Source of the DNA: Mobula hypostoma
Lineage: Eukaryota
NCBI RefSeq assembly: GCF_963921235.1
Contig: NC_086097.1
Span: forward strand, 54,624,001-54,688,000
DNA length: 64,000 nucleotides
Direction of reading: 5' to 3'
Shown: piece after piece, positions 1-13,445 of the stretch
How positions within the stretch are numbered: the first letter of the stretch is position 1
Layout: the number at the start of each line of letters is the position of its first letter
Made by a program: the position numbers and the translations under genes
Notes under the pieces: model-generated
Told to the model about the DNA's origin: nothing
The model's database searches: none
The model's input: the letters and a program-made list of their open reading frames with translations, nothing else

Positions 1-20
1 TTCCATCGAGGACAAGATTT

Positions 21-147
21 TCAATTCCTGATAAGTGTCAGAAACTCTTCTCGGGTCTTTGGGTCTTCCCGAAACACACCCAACATAGTGCTCGTTACTG
101 TTTTACTGTTCATCTTTTGAACTCCCCTCATTACCATGCACATATGC
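21..147 (-). CDS. GCH1: GTP cyclohydrolase 1, exon 6 (last coding exon)
   Basis: CTTTGCAG|G CAT ATG TGC ATG ... ATC AGG AAT TGA. Translates (T)[41 protein letters not shown]. The six exons sum to 759 nt in frame. Confidence 0.98.
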
Positions 148-1756
148 CTGCAAAGAAAAGTTGCATTAGGAACTGTTGTCCATCTCTCTTTCCCATGAAA
201 TCCTCCAGAAGTGTTTGTTTGTTCAGTAATATTAGTCTAACTTCATTCCATTAAAACTTTTAAATTTAAAGAAAATGTTCGTAGTGATTTTGTAACTGGA
301 CTACCAAGTTTTCCATTTTTCAATATCAACCTCTAGCGGGTGCGCATTTTGTTTTGCCGGTGGTGGGGAGGGGGGATTGTTGCTCGCCGCCACTTACACG
401 CGGTGGGGGGGCTTTGGGTTTCTCGCGTTTAACTAGTTTAACTGTTGTTCATTCTTTGGGGCACTTCTCTGTTTTCGTGGATGTTTTGAGAAGAAAACAG
501 ATTTCAGGATGTATATTGTATACATTTCTCTGACATTAAATTGAATCTTTGAACCGACCCTGAGTAATATTTAAATTGTGAACTAACGCCATTAAGATTT
601 TACTGTACTCTTATTCTTCTGCTTTTCCTTCATATTTCATCTTCTATTTCCTTGTGTTTTTTTTTAAGTTGCCTTCTCTTGGTTTTTAAAGTTTTTCAAA
701 CCCCTAACTTCCCACTAACATTTGTTATATTATACGCCCTCTCTTCTGCTTTTATTCTGTCTTTGACTTCCCTTGTCAACCACAGTTGTCTCATCATCCC
801 ATAAGAACACTTCTTCGGGATGCATCTACCCTGCATCTGATGCATCTGATTTCAGCTTCTCCCTCCGAAACTAGTTCTGGGAAATGAGCCTGGCCGGGTG
901 ACTAGCCTTTCAGTGGGAGAGCATTTGGAGAACAGTGATAACAACACCTTAAGTTTTAAGAGGTTATGAAGAAGAGCAGGTCTGTGGGAAAGTACCAAAG
1001 GGATGGGGGGGTGGGGGGGAAGGAGGACAAATTACGACATTGAGACAGGAGCTAAGGGTCATTAACTGGGAGCAGCTGTTATCAGGCAAGTCCATATTTG
1101 ACATGTGAGACTTGTTTAAAGACCATTCTGGGATACATGCCATTAGGCCTTGATGGCATATATCAGGAGAAGGAATGGGTCGGATACACGCAAGCTAGGA
1201 TTACAAGAGTCCCGGGAGGAGAGAGGGGATGCATAAATGTACTCAAGAAAGAAATCAGCAAAGAGGCAGAAGGTAGCTTTGGTAGAGAAGATTAAGGCAA
1301 TCCACACAAATTTTATAATTATATTTACAGTAACCAGGAAGAAAAATAGGGTTCCTCAAGGACCAAAATGGACTGCAGGAGATGGGTGAGATCCTCAATG
1401 AATATTTCTCCTCTGTTTTTACCATAAAGGCAATGAAGACTTTGGACCTTGAGAAAGTAAATGGAGAAGTCTTGGGAACAGTCTGCATTGCAACAGGGGT
1501 AGTATCGGATGTCTTAATCTGTATAAAGGGAGATCAATCTCCAGAGCTTCATCAGATCTATTCAAGAAAACTGTGGCAAGGCAAAGAAGAAATTGTGGGA
1601 ACAAGACTGGAGCATGGCTAATGTTATGCCTTTTTTATTTAAGAAGGCTGCAAAGATAAGCCTGGGAACTGTACTCCAGTTATCTTAATATCTGGGGTTG
1701 GTAGTTGCTAGGGGGATTTCTGAGGGATAAAATTTAGAAATACAGGCTGATTATCA

Positions 1757-2950
1757 GAGTCACGTTTATTATCACCAGCATGTGACGTGAAATTCGTTAA
1801 CTTAGCAGCAGCAGTACAATGCAATACATAATCTAGCAGAGAGAGAAAAATAATAATAATAACAAATAAAATAAAACATAATAAATAAACAAGTGAATCA
1901 ATTACGTATATTGCATAGATTTTTTAAAATGTATATTTTTAAAAAAGTGAAGCTTTAACATCCATTTAGGAATCGGATGGCAGAGGGGAAGAAGCTGTTC
2001 CTGAATCGCTGAGTGTGTGCCTTCAGGCTCCTGTACCTCCTACCTAATGGTAACAGTGAGAAAAGAACATGCCCTGGGTGCTGGAGGTCCTTAATAATAG
2101 ATGCTGCCTTTCTGAGACTCTGCTCCCTAAAGATGTCCTGGCTACTTTGTAGGCTAGTACCCAAGATGGAGCTGACTAGATTTACAACCTTCTGCAGCTT
2201 CTTTTGGTCCTGTGCAGTAGCCCCTCCATACCAGACAATGATGCAGCCTGTCAGAATGCTCTCCACAGTACAACTACAGAAGTTTTTGAGTGTATTTGTT
2301 GACATGCCAAATCTCTTCAAACTCCTAATAAAGTATAGCCGCTGTCTTGCCTTTTTTATAACTACATCGATATGTTGGGCAAACACGAGGAAATCTGCAG
2401 ATGCTGGAATTTGAAGCAACACACGTAAAAGTTGCTGGTGAACGCAGCAGGCCAGGCAGCATCTATAGGAAGAGGTACAGTTGACGTTTCGGGCTGAGAC
2501 CCTTCTTCAGGACTAACTGAAAGAAGAGCTAGTAAGAGATTTGAAAGTGGGACGGGGAGGGGGGATCCGAAATGATGGGAGAAGACAGGAGGGGGAGGGA
2601 TGGAGCCAAGAGCTGGGCAGGTGATTGGCAAAAGGGATACGAGAGGATAATAGGACAGGAGGCCTAGGGAGAAAGAAAAGGGGGAGGGGGGGAAACCCAG
2701 AGGATGGGCAAGGGGTATAGTGAGAGGGACAGAGGGAGAAAAAGGAGAGAGAGAAAAAGAATGTGTGTATATAAATAAATAACGGATGGGGTACGGAAGT
2801 GGGTCATTAGCTTCTGAAACATCAACTGTACTTCTTCCTAGAGATGCTGCCTGGCCTGCACCAGCAGCTTTTATGTGTGTTGCTCGATATGTTGGGACCA
2901 GGTTAGTTCCTAGGTGTCAAGATCTCTGAGGATCTAACCTGGTCCCAACA
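1757..2950 (-). mobile_element. Rex1/Babar-type LINE 3' fragment
   Basis: KKARQRLYFIRSLKRFG...ESILTGCI..WYG...RFRNSFFPSAIRFLN. Interrupted by a Penelope insert at 2380-2883. Confidence 0.85.
2380..2883 (-). mobile_element. Penelope-type 3' end insertion with inverted terminal copy and hammerhead motif
   Basis: 13-bp TSD TCGATATGTTGGG (2367-2379, 2884-2896). Minus strand carries CTGAAGA-AGGG-TCTCAG-CCC-GAAACGTC. Nearly identical to the start of the element at 63392. Confidence 0.8.
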
Positions 2951-3370
2951 TATCACTCTAGTCAGCGTAGCTGTGTGCGTAGGAAATCACCTCTCATGAA
3001 TTTAATTGAGTTTTTTAAAGAAGTAACAAGAAGGTCGACCATGGTAGTCTAAAAGACCATGGACTTCAATAAGGTCATTGATAAAGTTCTGCATGGTATG
3101 CTGCTATGGAAAGTTGGATTGTGTGTGATACTGAGAGAGCTAGCTAATTGGATAAAGAATTGGCTTGAGGGTAGGAAGCAGAGGGTGATGACGGGAAGCT
3201 ATTTTTCCAGACTGGAGGCCCATGAGTCATGGTGTTCCCCAGGGGTCTGCGCAAGTCCTACTGCTATTAGGCATCAATGTCAATGATTTTGATGAGAATA
3301 TACAAGGCATGGTTTGTAAGTTTACCTAAAAAAAAGGTAGAGTAGTTGGCAGTGAAAATGGTCACCAGGA

Positions 3371-4642
3371 TGTCTGACGAATCTCATAGAATTTTTTGAG
3401 GATGTAACTAGTAGAGTGGATAGGGGAGAACCAGTGGATGTGGTATATTTGGATTTTCAAAAGGCTTTTGACAAGGTCCCACACAGGAGATTAGTGTGCA
3501 AACTTAAAGCACACGGTATTGGGGGTAAGGTATTGGTGTGGGTGGAGAATTGGTTAGCAGACAGGAAGCAAAGAGTGGGAATAAACGGGACCTTTTCAGA
3601 ATGGCAGGCGGTGACTAGTGGGGTACCGCAAGGCTCAGTGCTGGGACCCCAGTTGTTTACAATATATATTAATGACTTGGATGAGGGAATTAAATGCAGC
3701 ATCTCCAAGTTTGCGGATGACACAAAGCTGGGTGGCAGTGTTAGCAGTGAGGAGGATGCTAAGAGGATGCAGGGTGACTTGGATAGGTTGGGTGAGTGGG
3801 CAAACTCATGGCAGATGCAATTTAATGTGGATAAATGTGAAGTTATCCACTTTGGTGGCAAAAATAGGAAAACAGATTATTATCTGAATGGTGGCCGATT
3901 AGGAAAAGGGGAGGTGCAACGAGACCTGGGTGTCATTATACACCAGTCATTGAAAGTGGGCATGCAGGTACAGCAGGCGGTGAAAAAGGCGAACGGTATG
4001 CTGGCATTTATAGCGAGAGGATTCGAGTACAGGAGCGGGGAGGTACTACTGCAGTTGTACAAGGACTTGGTGAGACCACACCTGGAGTATTGTGTGCAGT
4101 TTTGGTCCCCTAATCTGAGGAAAGACATCTTTGCCATAGAGGGAGTACAAAGAAGGTTCACCAGATTGATTCCTGGGATGGCAGGTCTTTCATATGAAGA
4201 AAGACTGGATGAACTGGGCTTGTACTCGTTGGAATTTAGAAGATTGAGGGGGGATCTGATTGAAACGTATAAGATCCTAAAGGGATTGGACAGGCTAGAT
4301 GCGGGAAGATTGTTCCCGATGTTGGGGAGGTCTAGAACGAGGGGTCACAGTTTGAGGATAGAGGGGAAGCCTTTTAGGACCGAGGTTAGGAAAAACTTCT
4401 TCACACAGAGAGTGGTGAATCTGTGGAATTCTCTGCCACAGCAAACTGTTGAGGCCAGTTCATTAGCTATGTTTAAAAGGAAGTTAGATATGGCCCTTGT
4501 GGCTACAGGGGTCAGGGGGTATGGAGGGAAGGCTGGGTTCTGAGTTGGATGATCAGCCATGATCATAATAAATGGCGGTGCAGGCTCGAAGGGCCGAATG
4601 GCCTACTCCTGCACCTATTTTCTATGTTTCTATGTTTCTATG
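3371..4642 (+). mobile_element. Young 5'-truncated CR1 LINE with uninterrupted RT C-terminal ORF (3416-4543)
   Basis: 375-aa ORF with YLDFQKAFDKVPH, GVPQGSVLGP and KFADD. Typical CR1 3' UTR ending in (TTTCTATG)3. Confidence 0.95.
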
Positions 4643-5399
4643 ATTTACAGATGGATCTTAATTGGATAGGTAAGTGGGCCGAGAAACAGCAAATGGACTT
4701 CAATTTGGATAAATGCGAGATGTTGCATTTTTGGAAGACAAATGAGGGTAGGACTTGCACAGTGAACAGTTGGAGCCTAAGGTGTGTTGTAGAACAGGGG
4801 GACTGGGAGTACATGACTCGCTGAAAGTGGGGTTGCAGGTAGACAGGATGGTAAAGATGACTTTTCATCAGTTAGGGCACTGAGTGTAGAAGTTAGGATG
4901 TTACGCTGCAGTTGTACAAGATGTTGGGTGAGGCCACAAATGGAATATTATATTTAGTTTTGATCATCTTACTAATGGGAAGCTTAATGCTGGAAAGAGT
5001 GCCGAGGAGATTTATAAGAATGTTGCCTGGATTTGGGGGTCTGAGTTGTGGAGAGAGGTTGAGCAGTTTAGGAGAGCAGGAGAATGAGGTGTTTACAAAA
5101 TTATGAGGGCATAATGTAGATAGGATGAATGAACTTAGTTTTTTAAACCTAGAATTGGGAAATCAAGGCACCAAGATCAGAGGGGGACAGATTAAAAGGA
5201 ACCTGAGGGACAACTAGTTCCAGCCAGACAGCAGTTAGTTTATTTCATGATCTTCCAGAAGTGGTTAAAACATTTAAAAGGTGCTTGGGCAAATACATGG
5301 ATAGGTAAAGTTTAGAGGGATATGGACCAATGTAGGTAAATGGGAATCTTGGTGGGCATGGCCCAGTTGGGCCAAAGAACTTGATTTTCTGTACTCCAT

Positions 5400-6295
5400 T
5401 TGACAAGGTTGCTCATATATGCTGATTCATAAGATCAAGATATATGGGATCGACAGGACCTGCTGGTTTGGTTTCACAATTTGGCTTGCCCTTGGGGGAA
5501 GGATGTTATTCCAGCTTGAGGTTCATGCTAGTCTTTTCCCACAGGATTAGTGCTGGGACTTTTTTAGATGAAAATATAGATAAGTGGGTTAGTAGATTTG
5601 CAGACACCACCAAGCTTGGTGGAGTTCTGGACAGTGAAGTAGGTTGTCAAAGGACACCACTCTGAAAGCGGCCATATGAGTAAATAGGGTCGTAAAGAAT
5701 CCTATCTATGCCTTCACTGGTTGGTCTACTGAGTACAAGAGCAAGGAGTTATGTTGCGGACATATAAAACTTGTCAGGCTGTACTTGGAGTATTGTGTGC
5801 CCCATCGCAGGAGGAACGTGGACAATTTGAAAAGAGTACAGAAGAGGCTTAGTAGGATGCTACCTAGATTAGAGAGTAGTAGCTAGGAGGAGATATCAAA
5901 CAAACAGGTTATTTTCTCGGAAGCAGAGTGAAGACTGGATAAAAGTTTATAAAATTATGAGGTTCATAGGCAGGGTCGAAGTCAGAATCTTTTACCCAAG
6001 GTAGAAATCTCAAATACTAAAGGTATTTAAGGTGAGGGGTAAAGTTTAAGAGAGATGTATGAGCGACTTTGTGTTTTACATAGAGTGATGGGTGCCTGGA
6101 ACAGGCAGCCAGGGATAGTCATGAAAGCAGATGCAACAGTGGTGTTTAAGAGGCTCTTGGACACATGTATAAGCAGGGAGTGGAGATTAATGGATCATAC
6201 GCAAGCAGAAGAAATTTAGTTTAATTTGGCACTGTGTACTGTAAAGATTTGGTGGGCTGAAGCCATGTTACCGTGTTGTACAGTTCAAAGTTCTA
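5400..6295 (+). mobile_element. Degenerate CR1 3' portion
   Basis: KWVSRFADTTKLGGVLDSE remnant and a CR1-like 3' end. Another CR1 3' end lies at about 6680-6875. Confidence 0.75.
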
Positions 6296-7030
6296 AAACA
6301 GATTGCTAGTATGGTGCACTTGTCAGAGAACATGTAGTCTACACTAAGTTTACTAGCATGCTGTCTGGGTGACTACAGTGATTGTATTCTCACAAAGACA
6401 TTGTAGCAGCTCACTAAATTTAATTCAGCCACACTTCACCATACCAATGAAGAACACACTATCATTACTAATACTGACCAGACATGTTTTGATCCTGCAA
6501 GTTCCTATCAATATTAATATATATTAGTTGTCCATCACTCCCTTCTCAGATAATTAATATAAATACTCACATTCACATGGATATAAAATCATATCCAAAA
6601 TGGACTTTGATTTATCTGAGCATTCCAATTAATGAAAAACACTTTCACTTTTGTAAATTTCATGTGATTCATTAAATTGCTACAGGTGGCTGTGGAGGCC
6701 AAGTCATTGGGTATATTTAAGGCCGGGCTTGATAGGATCTTGGTTAGTAAATGTGTCAAAGATTCCAGGGAGAAGGCAGGAGAATAGGGCTGAGAGGGGT
6801 AATGAATTAGCCGTGATGGGATGGTGAAGCTGACACAATGGGCTGAATGGTCTCACTCTGCTGTCTTATGGTCTTAAAAACACTAACAAATTCAGTGAGA
6901 TTCTTAACTATAAAAACAGCACATACTCTCAATAATACAATCACCAACTTAATGTTGGATTCATTTTCAAACTGTACTAAGAATTATTATAGAGAAAGAA
7001 GGAGTTTAGCTTTTTTGTATTCAGAACTTA

Positions 7031-7168
<138 letters not shown>

Positions 7169-7889
7169 TTACTTTAAAATGGGAAATTAGAACTGTACTT
7201 AATGATGTTTATTTCAATATACTTTTTCTGATAAAACTAAATTCGGACCCGGATCAGCGCTCACTCTTTATCGAAGGACTGAGTTCATGCAGCCACTCTC
7301 CCTGTATGCAGACGAAAAGATGTTTCCAATATTCTGAGATTTATGTGATTACTGGGCTGTATTTTATATCGGCCTCCTTCAGTTTTTTTGGTGTTTTCTT
7401 TCTTGTGGCCAATTGGTGGCTAATTTTTTGTATATGGGGGGGTGGTTTTGGTGCTACTGTCGCTGTTCTTTTCTATGAGTGAGGGGGTCAGGGATTATTA
7501 TTGTAGCCGTTTTTTTCTGCGAGTGAGGAGGTTGGCGATGGTTATTGTCACTGTTGTTTTTTTCCACAGATGAGGGAGTCAGGAGTTGGATGCTATTGTC
7601 ACTTTTTTTTGCATGGGGAGGGGGTAGAAGATATTGGGTTCTGCAAGTTTTGTTTCTTTTTTGTGCAGGGGAGTTGATGTTTTTTCTTTCATCAACTTCC
7701 ATGGTCTTTCTGTATTTCATGGCTCTCAGGAGAAGACAAATATCAGAGTTGTACATGTATACTTTGACAATAAAATGAACCTTTAAATTCCTACTATATA
7801 GTAGTTTGATACGCTTCATGCAACAGGCAAGTGTTTGAATATACAGCTATTAGCATAAAAATATATTAAATCCTCATCTCTTCTCATTA

Positions 7890-8330
7890 CTTCTGTCTGC
7901 GAGGAGGGCATATGTCAGGTGGTAAAAACCCTTCATGGTGGATGTCACGTTCTTGAGGCACTGCTCTTGAAGATGCCCTTAACAGTGGGGAGGGTTGTGC
8001 ATTTGATGGAGCTGGCTGAGTCAACAACTTTGTGATCCTGTGCAAGGGAGCCTCCATAGCAGGTTGTGATGCAACCTGTAAGAATGATCTCCACCATTCA
8101 TCTGTAGAAATTTGCGAGAATCTTTGATGGACATCCTCAAACTCCTAATGAAGTCGAGCCACTGATGTGCCTTCTGCATTACTGCATCAATATCTTGGGC
8201 CCAGGATAGATCCTTCGAGACGTTGACGCCCTCGAATGTAAAGCTTTCTACCTCAATGAAGACCGGTGCATGTTCTGCTGACTCTTCCCATTCCTTAAGT
8301 CCACAATCAATTCATTGATGTTTAACAATT
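7890..8330 (-). mobile_element. Degenerate Rex1/Babar fragment
   Basis: Nucleotide similarity to the copy at 2050-2380. Confidence 0.65.
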
Positions 8331-8774
8331 TTCATTGAACAGTGGCCCCACTGGGTTAGTTTGTTAATTATTAGACCAAACAGCACAAAGAGTATAGTTA
8401 AAATTAGGTAAGCATAGAAGAACACGCGTAGCAGTATGCCATAAAACTTACTCCATATTCCGTAATTGTGTTCATCTGACAGGCTCAGATTCACACTCCT
8501 GCTATGTCCTGAAACTTTAGTTCCCCTCTCTATCTCAGCCTAGAAAAGATTCAGTGATTCAAATACTCCACCCACAAGATCTGTAAAGAGTATTCCATAT
8601 TTGTCTTAAAAGGAGTGTAGGTGTTTCTATGAACTTGTGCCTCAATGTTACAGATTTCCCCATGAGGGACACTTCCTCTTGTCATCTATCCTGTCAAATC
8701 CCACCAGAATATTATGTGGTAAAATGCATATCAAATTTAAAAATAAAACATTGGCAGTTTAATTAACTACATAC

Positions 8775-8806
8775 CTTGAAGTCTCCTACTGTAAATCTCA
8801 ACAATT
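8775..8806 (-). CDS. GCH1: GTP cyclohydrolase 1, exon 4 (32 bp)
   Basis: TTTTCCAG|A ATT GTT GAG ATT TAC AGT AGG AGA CTT CAA G|GTATGT. Translates (R)IVEIYSRRLQ(V). Confidence 0.97.
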
Positions 8807-10473
8807 CTGGAAAATCAAAATTCAGAATGAGCAATTAATTTAAGCATGTACATAAATGCTGTAGAAATGCTTCAGTAAATTACAACAAACTTTTCCTTTC
8901 ACTCAGTCTTTTTTTCCCTAGTGTGGCATGATCACAAAAAATGGCATTTAAGTAAGTCTTAATGTTATTGCTTCTCTATGATATTTGCCATTTAATATCA
9001 AAATCCATAATAACATTAATATCTGTACTTTGATATGGCATTTTTCTGAACTAAGTCAGCTAAAAAAAAATACCAGGAGGATGCATTTGAGAAAATGTTT
9101 TATAGTAATACATGTACAACAGGTTTATGAATAGATAAACCAAATGTTTCAATAGCAACAAGATATTCATGGTAATTGAAGTGTAAATGGAGTTAATTTG
9201 CATAATTTTGATTGCCAAGGTGAATTTCCATTTCAGATTCATGGAGATGCATCCTGAAGGTAAGGAAGGAAAGTCGGTATTCCATAGATGATCAAATATT
9301 AATGAAAGAAATAGTGCTGGAATAGCAACTGATCAAAGAGGCTGGCTTTACTAAATGATGGAAAGTTCATTTACTAATTCACAGAACATGAGGACTTCGC
9401 CAAAGAATGATAATTTATTTGCTTTAAGTAAAACATTAGCTCGAACTGCTGGGATAGTTTAACACTTGACAGATGTCAACACACTCAAATAATCAGCTTT
9501 TGGCTACTATGCAGAGATTACTTTGGAGTCATCTTTGGAATCTATTGTAAACGCACAGGTACAAGGTGTTTTTTATTGGATAAATGAGTGTTGCAATATT
9601 CAGATATTTCAGCCTTGAACCTGCTGGTCCATCTTTCTTTGATGTGTTACTGTTGACTATGAAATATTCCCATTAAGGGTGGTAGTTGCTAAATATGCTG
9701 AAGGAAAGATCTTTACACCTGAGGAATTACAGAAAAATGAAATCTAATTTATGTAAATATTCGCAATTGAAACTAATTAATTTTTGCTCCAATTCTACAC
9801 TTCAAAAGGTGTGTTAGTAGATAAATTATAATTGATTTATTACAAAACATAAACTAGTTAACCACATAATTGACTGAGACATGTAACAAAAACAAATGCA
9901 ACATTACAGGACTGCACCAATGATTGATTTGTGATTTCTGAACAAAAATCAGATTTTCAGTTTGAGTAGATCTATTCTTCTTTCCCTTGAGGATAAATAC
10001 ATTAAAAATATCTGACAACCTATAAGTACAAAATCAAACTGTTGTCAAAATATAATTAAAGAAAGATTGTTGATATATACGAAACAAACAGAAATATATG
10101 TATTCTCTTCACCATACAGTGACATTCTGGCTGATAGTCTCATTCAACCACATTCCTGCCATTCTTAATATTCTCGATCCTTTTCCTGCCCCAAAAATAT
10201 ATTGACTTCAGTTAAGCACCTACTCAATAACTTGGCATTCATATATATCTTAAGTGTATCTTGAATCCAAAATAATTAATGAATTAGCCCAGATGTTTTT
10301 TGAAATTACGGTTTGTTAGCAGTACACCATATCTGATATATTCAACAGTCATTTTGCACCAATTTCTTAAGGTAAATGTAAGATGTTAAATAAAAACAAA
10401 GCAATGATGGAAGGCATTGATTTGAAGTAAATATGCCCTCATAGTTCCTCATTCACAGCTATTCACTACTTAC

Positions 10474-10529
10474 CTGGCTAGCTTGCTAAGACCAAGGAGC
10501 CGCTTCTCAGGTAGATAACCTATATGTAC
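10474..10529 (-). CDS. GCH1: GTP cyclohydrolase 1, exon 3 (56 bp)
   Basis: TTCTGTAG|GTA CAT ATA GGT ... CTA GCC AG|GTAAGT. Translates VHIGYLPEKRLLGLSKLA(R). Confidence 0.97.
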
Positions 10530-11689
10530 CTACAGAACGGAAAGAAAACATTGACTCCATCTGACCACACAATGAGGGGACCGAGAACTTTCTCAGCCAG
10601 GTCAAACTGAAATATCTAAACACAAAAGAGATGCTGATATTTTCTGATGGGTCCCGAATCAGTATGAGGCCAAATGTGTGCAATGGGATGACCATGCAAT
10701 TGTAAGCAGCCTTTTGGAATAAATAGCAAGCTGTGAGTAATACTGCTCCAGGAAAAGGTGTTCATTCAACTACAAGACAATGAACTAAACTATATGCAAC
10801 TCTGATTTTCTAGAGGTACTAACAGCCAGTGTTATATCTCTCAAGTCTTTGGCAAAACGGACATTACAGAAGATTTCCAGTAATGCAATGGTCATGCAAA
10901 TCTACATCAATGGCATTTGGGTATCTTTTGATCACACCAATATATAGTAATGTTCAACAGTTAAATATGATTAAAATAGTTCATGAAGAAAAATTACTGG
11001 CACACATGCACCATGTTACAGTAGTTTTAACTTCTTTCTTCTGTCAAACCAAAGACTTAGGGTATTGCCACAGATAACAACAATTGGGGAAATGCAATTT
11101 TGTTTCATTGGGTGCTTGCTCCTATTCAGGCTAACTGAAATAGTGCACATCCAACTGAAACCATTGTTTCTACAAACTCCCATTTGTTGCATCTTTCACT
11201 CTCTCTCGCTCTCTCTCAAGCTCTTAGGCCTAGTTACCTGGCTAATTTGCTCACTCCTATAACTTTTCTGTTTGGTATATAACCAATTGAAACCTGGAAA
11301 AAAAGGAGAGAGTTTCAAAGGTAGAGAATCTTACATTTAATAGATTATATTGGTAACTCTGGTTTATGAGTAGAAAATATAACTGAAGAGGCAATAAAGG
11401 AAATTAGTTTGCATTTCAGCAGGATTAATCCTGGTTAAAGGATGTTTAAAGGGCAAAAAACAAACCTGGCAGGTTACAGTAGCATGTTGTGTTGTAATAT
11501 GTATTGCATCCTCGATTCTCTGAATGCTAGATTTTGTGACTTTCTCCCAAGCTTCCGATCACGGGTACAGTTACCTGTGGACCTTAGTGTCAGATTTATA
11601 AAGCAAGCGGAACTTGTCCAAACTTTCTGAAAAGTTTGAGATCGTCTGAGTTATTATACAATTGGCAAACACCAATAAAAAGAAGTTAA

Positions 11690-12390
11690 GTTTAAGCAGA
11701 GCAGCCATAGTGTGAGTGGGATGGAGTTAGAGTGAGGAACTAAGTCTTTGGCTCAAAAGCTTCGGGGAGGAGAGGCAGAGGCTAGTTTGAGTTTTTGTCC
11801 TATTTACCTTTCTTTCTGTCTTAGTGTCTAACTAATGTGGTCAGAATGGTTCCCTGGTCAGAGATGTGCTCCTCATACAAGATTCAGGAGATTTGGGAGA
11901 TCGCCAATATGGTGCAGCTCCTAATGGACCATGTCAGCAAACTAGAGATGGAGGCAGGATGACCTTCGGCTCATTTGGAAGAAAGAGTACAGATAGGTGT
12001 ACAGAGAGGTAGTCATACCCAACTTGCGGGAGAAAGAAAAGGAATAGGCAGTTAGTATGGAGTACCCCTGTGGTCATTCCCCTCAATATCAAGTGGACCA
12101 CCTTGGATACTGCTGGGGTTGCGGGGGTGAATGACCTACCAAGGGAAAGCAGCAGTCACCAGGTTCTGGCACTGCAGCTCAGAGCGGAAGGGCCAGAACA
12201 GAGGAGAGCAGCAATGATTGGGGATTCAATAGTTAGGGGAACAGACAGGAGATTGTGTGGACATGGAAGATATTCCTGGATGCTCTTTTGCTTCCCAGGT
12301 GCCAGGATCAGGGACATCTCAGATCAGCTCCACACCATTATTAAGGGGGTGCTGAGTAGCTAGAAGTCATGGTACACTTTGGTACCAATA
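11690..12390 (+). mobile_element. CR1 5' region / ORF1 (SGNH-esterase-like) fragment
   Basis: MIGDSIVRGTDRRLCG...CFPGARIRDISDQL, the GDS motif of the CR1 ORF1 esterase. Confidence 0.75.
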
Positions 12391-12702
12391 CAATAACCTT
12401 CCTGCAATGATTGATTAAAATGTGCCTGCATTCATCTGAGTTGAGAAAAATGAAGCGGATTTCATAGACATTCAGGATTCTGCGAGGAACTGACCATTGT
12501 TTGTGAGAGGTTGCTTTTCTGGCTGATCAGATTATAATGTTCTTTAGAGAGGGGTAATTAAAAATCTCTGAAATACAGGTGACCCAAATATTATGTTTGC
12601 TCTGGTTACAGAAATGTGCTGTTGTGAAATTCACAAGCCATAAACACAAAAACATAAGATACAGAATGAAATTTGTTTTTACAGAAATAGTGTCTTTTTC
12701 AA

Positions 12703-13445
12703 AATTTTTTTTTTGCTCAGCATAACAAAACTTTCAATTTACAGATACATTTACATTTCGTCCCCTCAAGGATATCAGCTATCAGAACACTTCCATCAAA
12801 ATATAGACATCACCCCAACATCCTATACAAAAGCCCTTATTAGTATAGCAGACAGGTTTACATCTATACACTGCAGAAAAGGTTGCCATGTTTTCTGAAA
12901 ACTATTTGTTTTTGAGTGTACCATACATGTCAAAAAGCCCAAAGGAATGTATTCCATGATTAATTTACGCCAACCAAAAAGTCCAGGGGCCTTATCGGAT
13001 ATCCAACAAAGTAAGATGTTCTTCCTCGCACAAAAAGTCAGGATGTTAAAAAGATTTTTCTGATGTGCATTAATAATACGACTGCTGGGTAAGCCTAAGA
13101 GGAAAGACACTGGGTCCAGTTCAAGCTCCATCTTCAGAATCTTTTCCATTTCACACAAAATATTACTCCAGTATGCCTGAAGTTTGGGACAAGTCCAAAA
13201 ACAGTGGGTAAAAGTTCCAGTATTTACTTAACATTTAGAACACATTGGAGGAACCCCAGTCTTAAATTTCGAGAGACAATCTGGAGTCAGATGGGCTCTG
13301 TGCAGAATTTTGAGTTGCAATGCTTTAGTTCTATTACAAACTGAAATTTTCTTTGCATTATCACAGATATCTTCCCATGTTTCAGCTGTCATTTGTACTC
13401 CCAGCTCTCCCTCCCAGACCCTTCCCAGCTGCTCAGTCTCAGGAT
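12703..13445 (-). mobile_element. L1-clade LINE 3' fragment
   Basis: ORF2 C-terminal zinc knuckle (CSKC...THCFWTCPKLQAYW) and ARKNILLCW...KTWQPF. A-rich tail, seen as a T run at about 12704-12714. Confidence 0.8.

Larger units (their letters stand above)
900..5395 (+). mobile_element. Old CR1 LINE interrupted by Rex1, Penelope and young CR1 insertions
   Basis: CR1 ORF2 remnants (EILNEYFSSVFT at 1382-, DFNKVIDKV at 3059-, KWAEKQQMDFNLDKC at 4650-) are continuous once the inserts are removed. Confidence 0.85.

Noticed and set aside
3416..4543. 375-aa ORF as a host gene or novel reverse-transcriptase system
   Set aside because: It is the C-terminal part of a 5'-truncated CR1 ORF2 with a standard CR1 tail.
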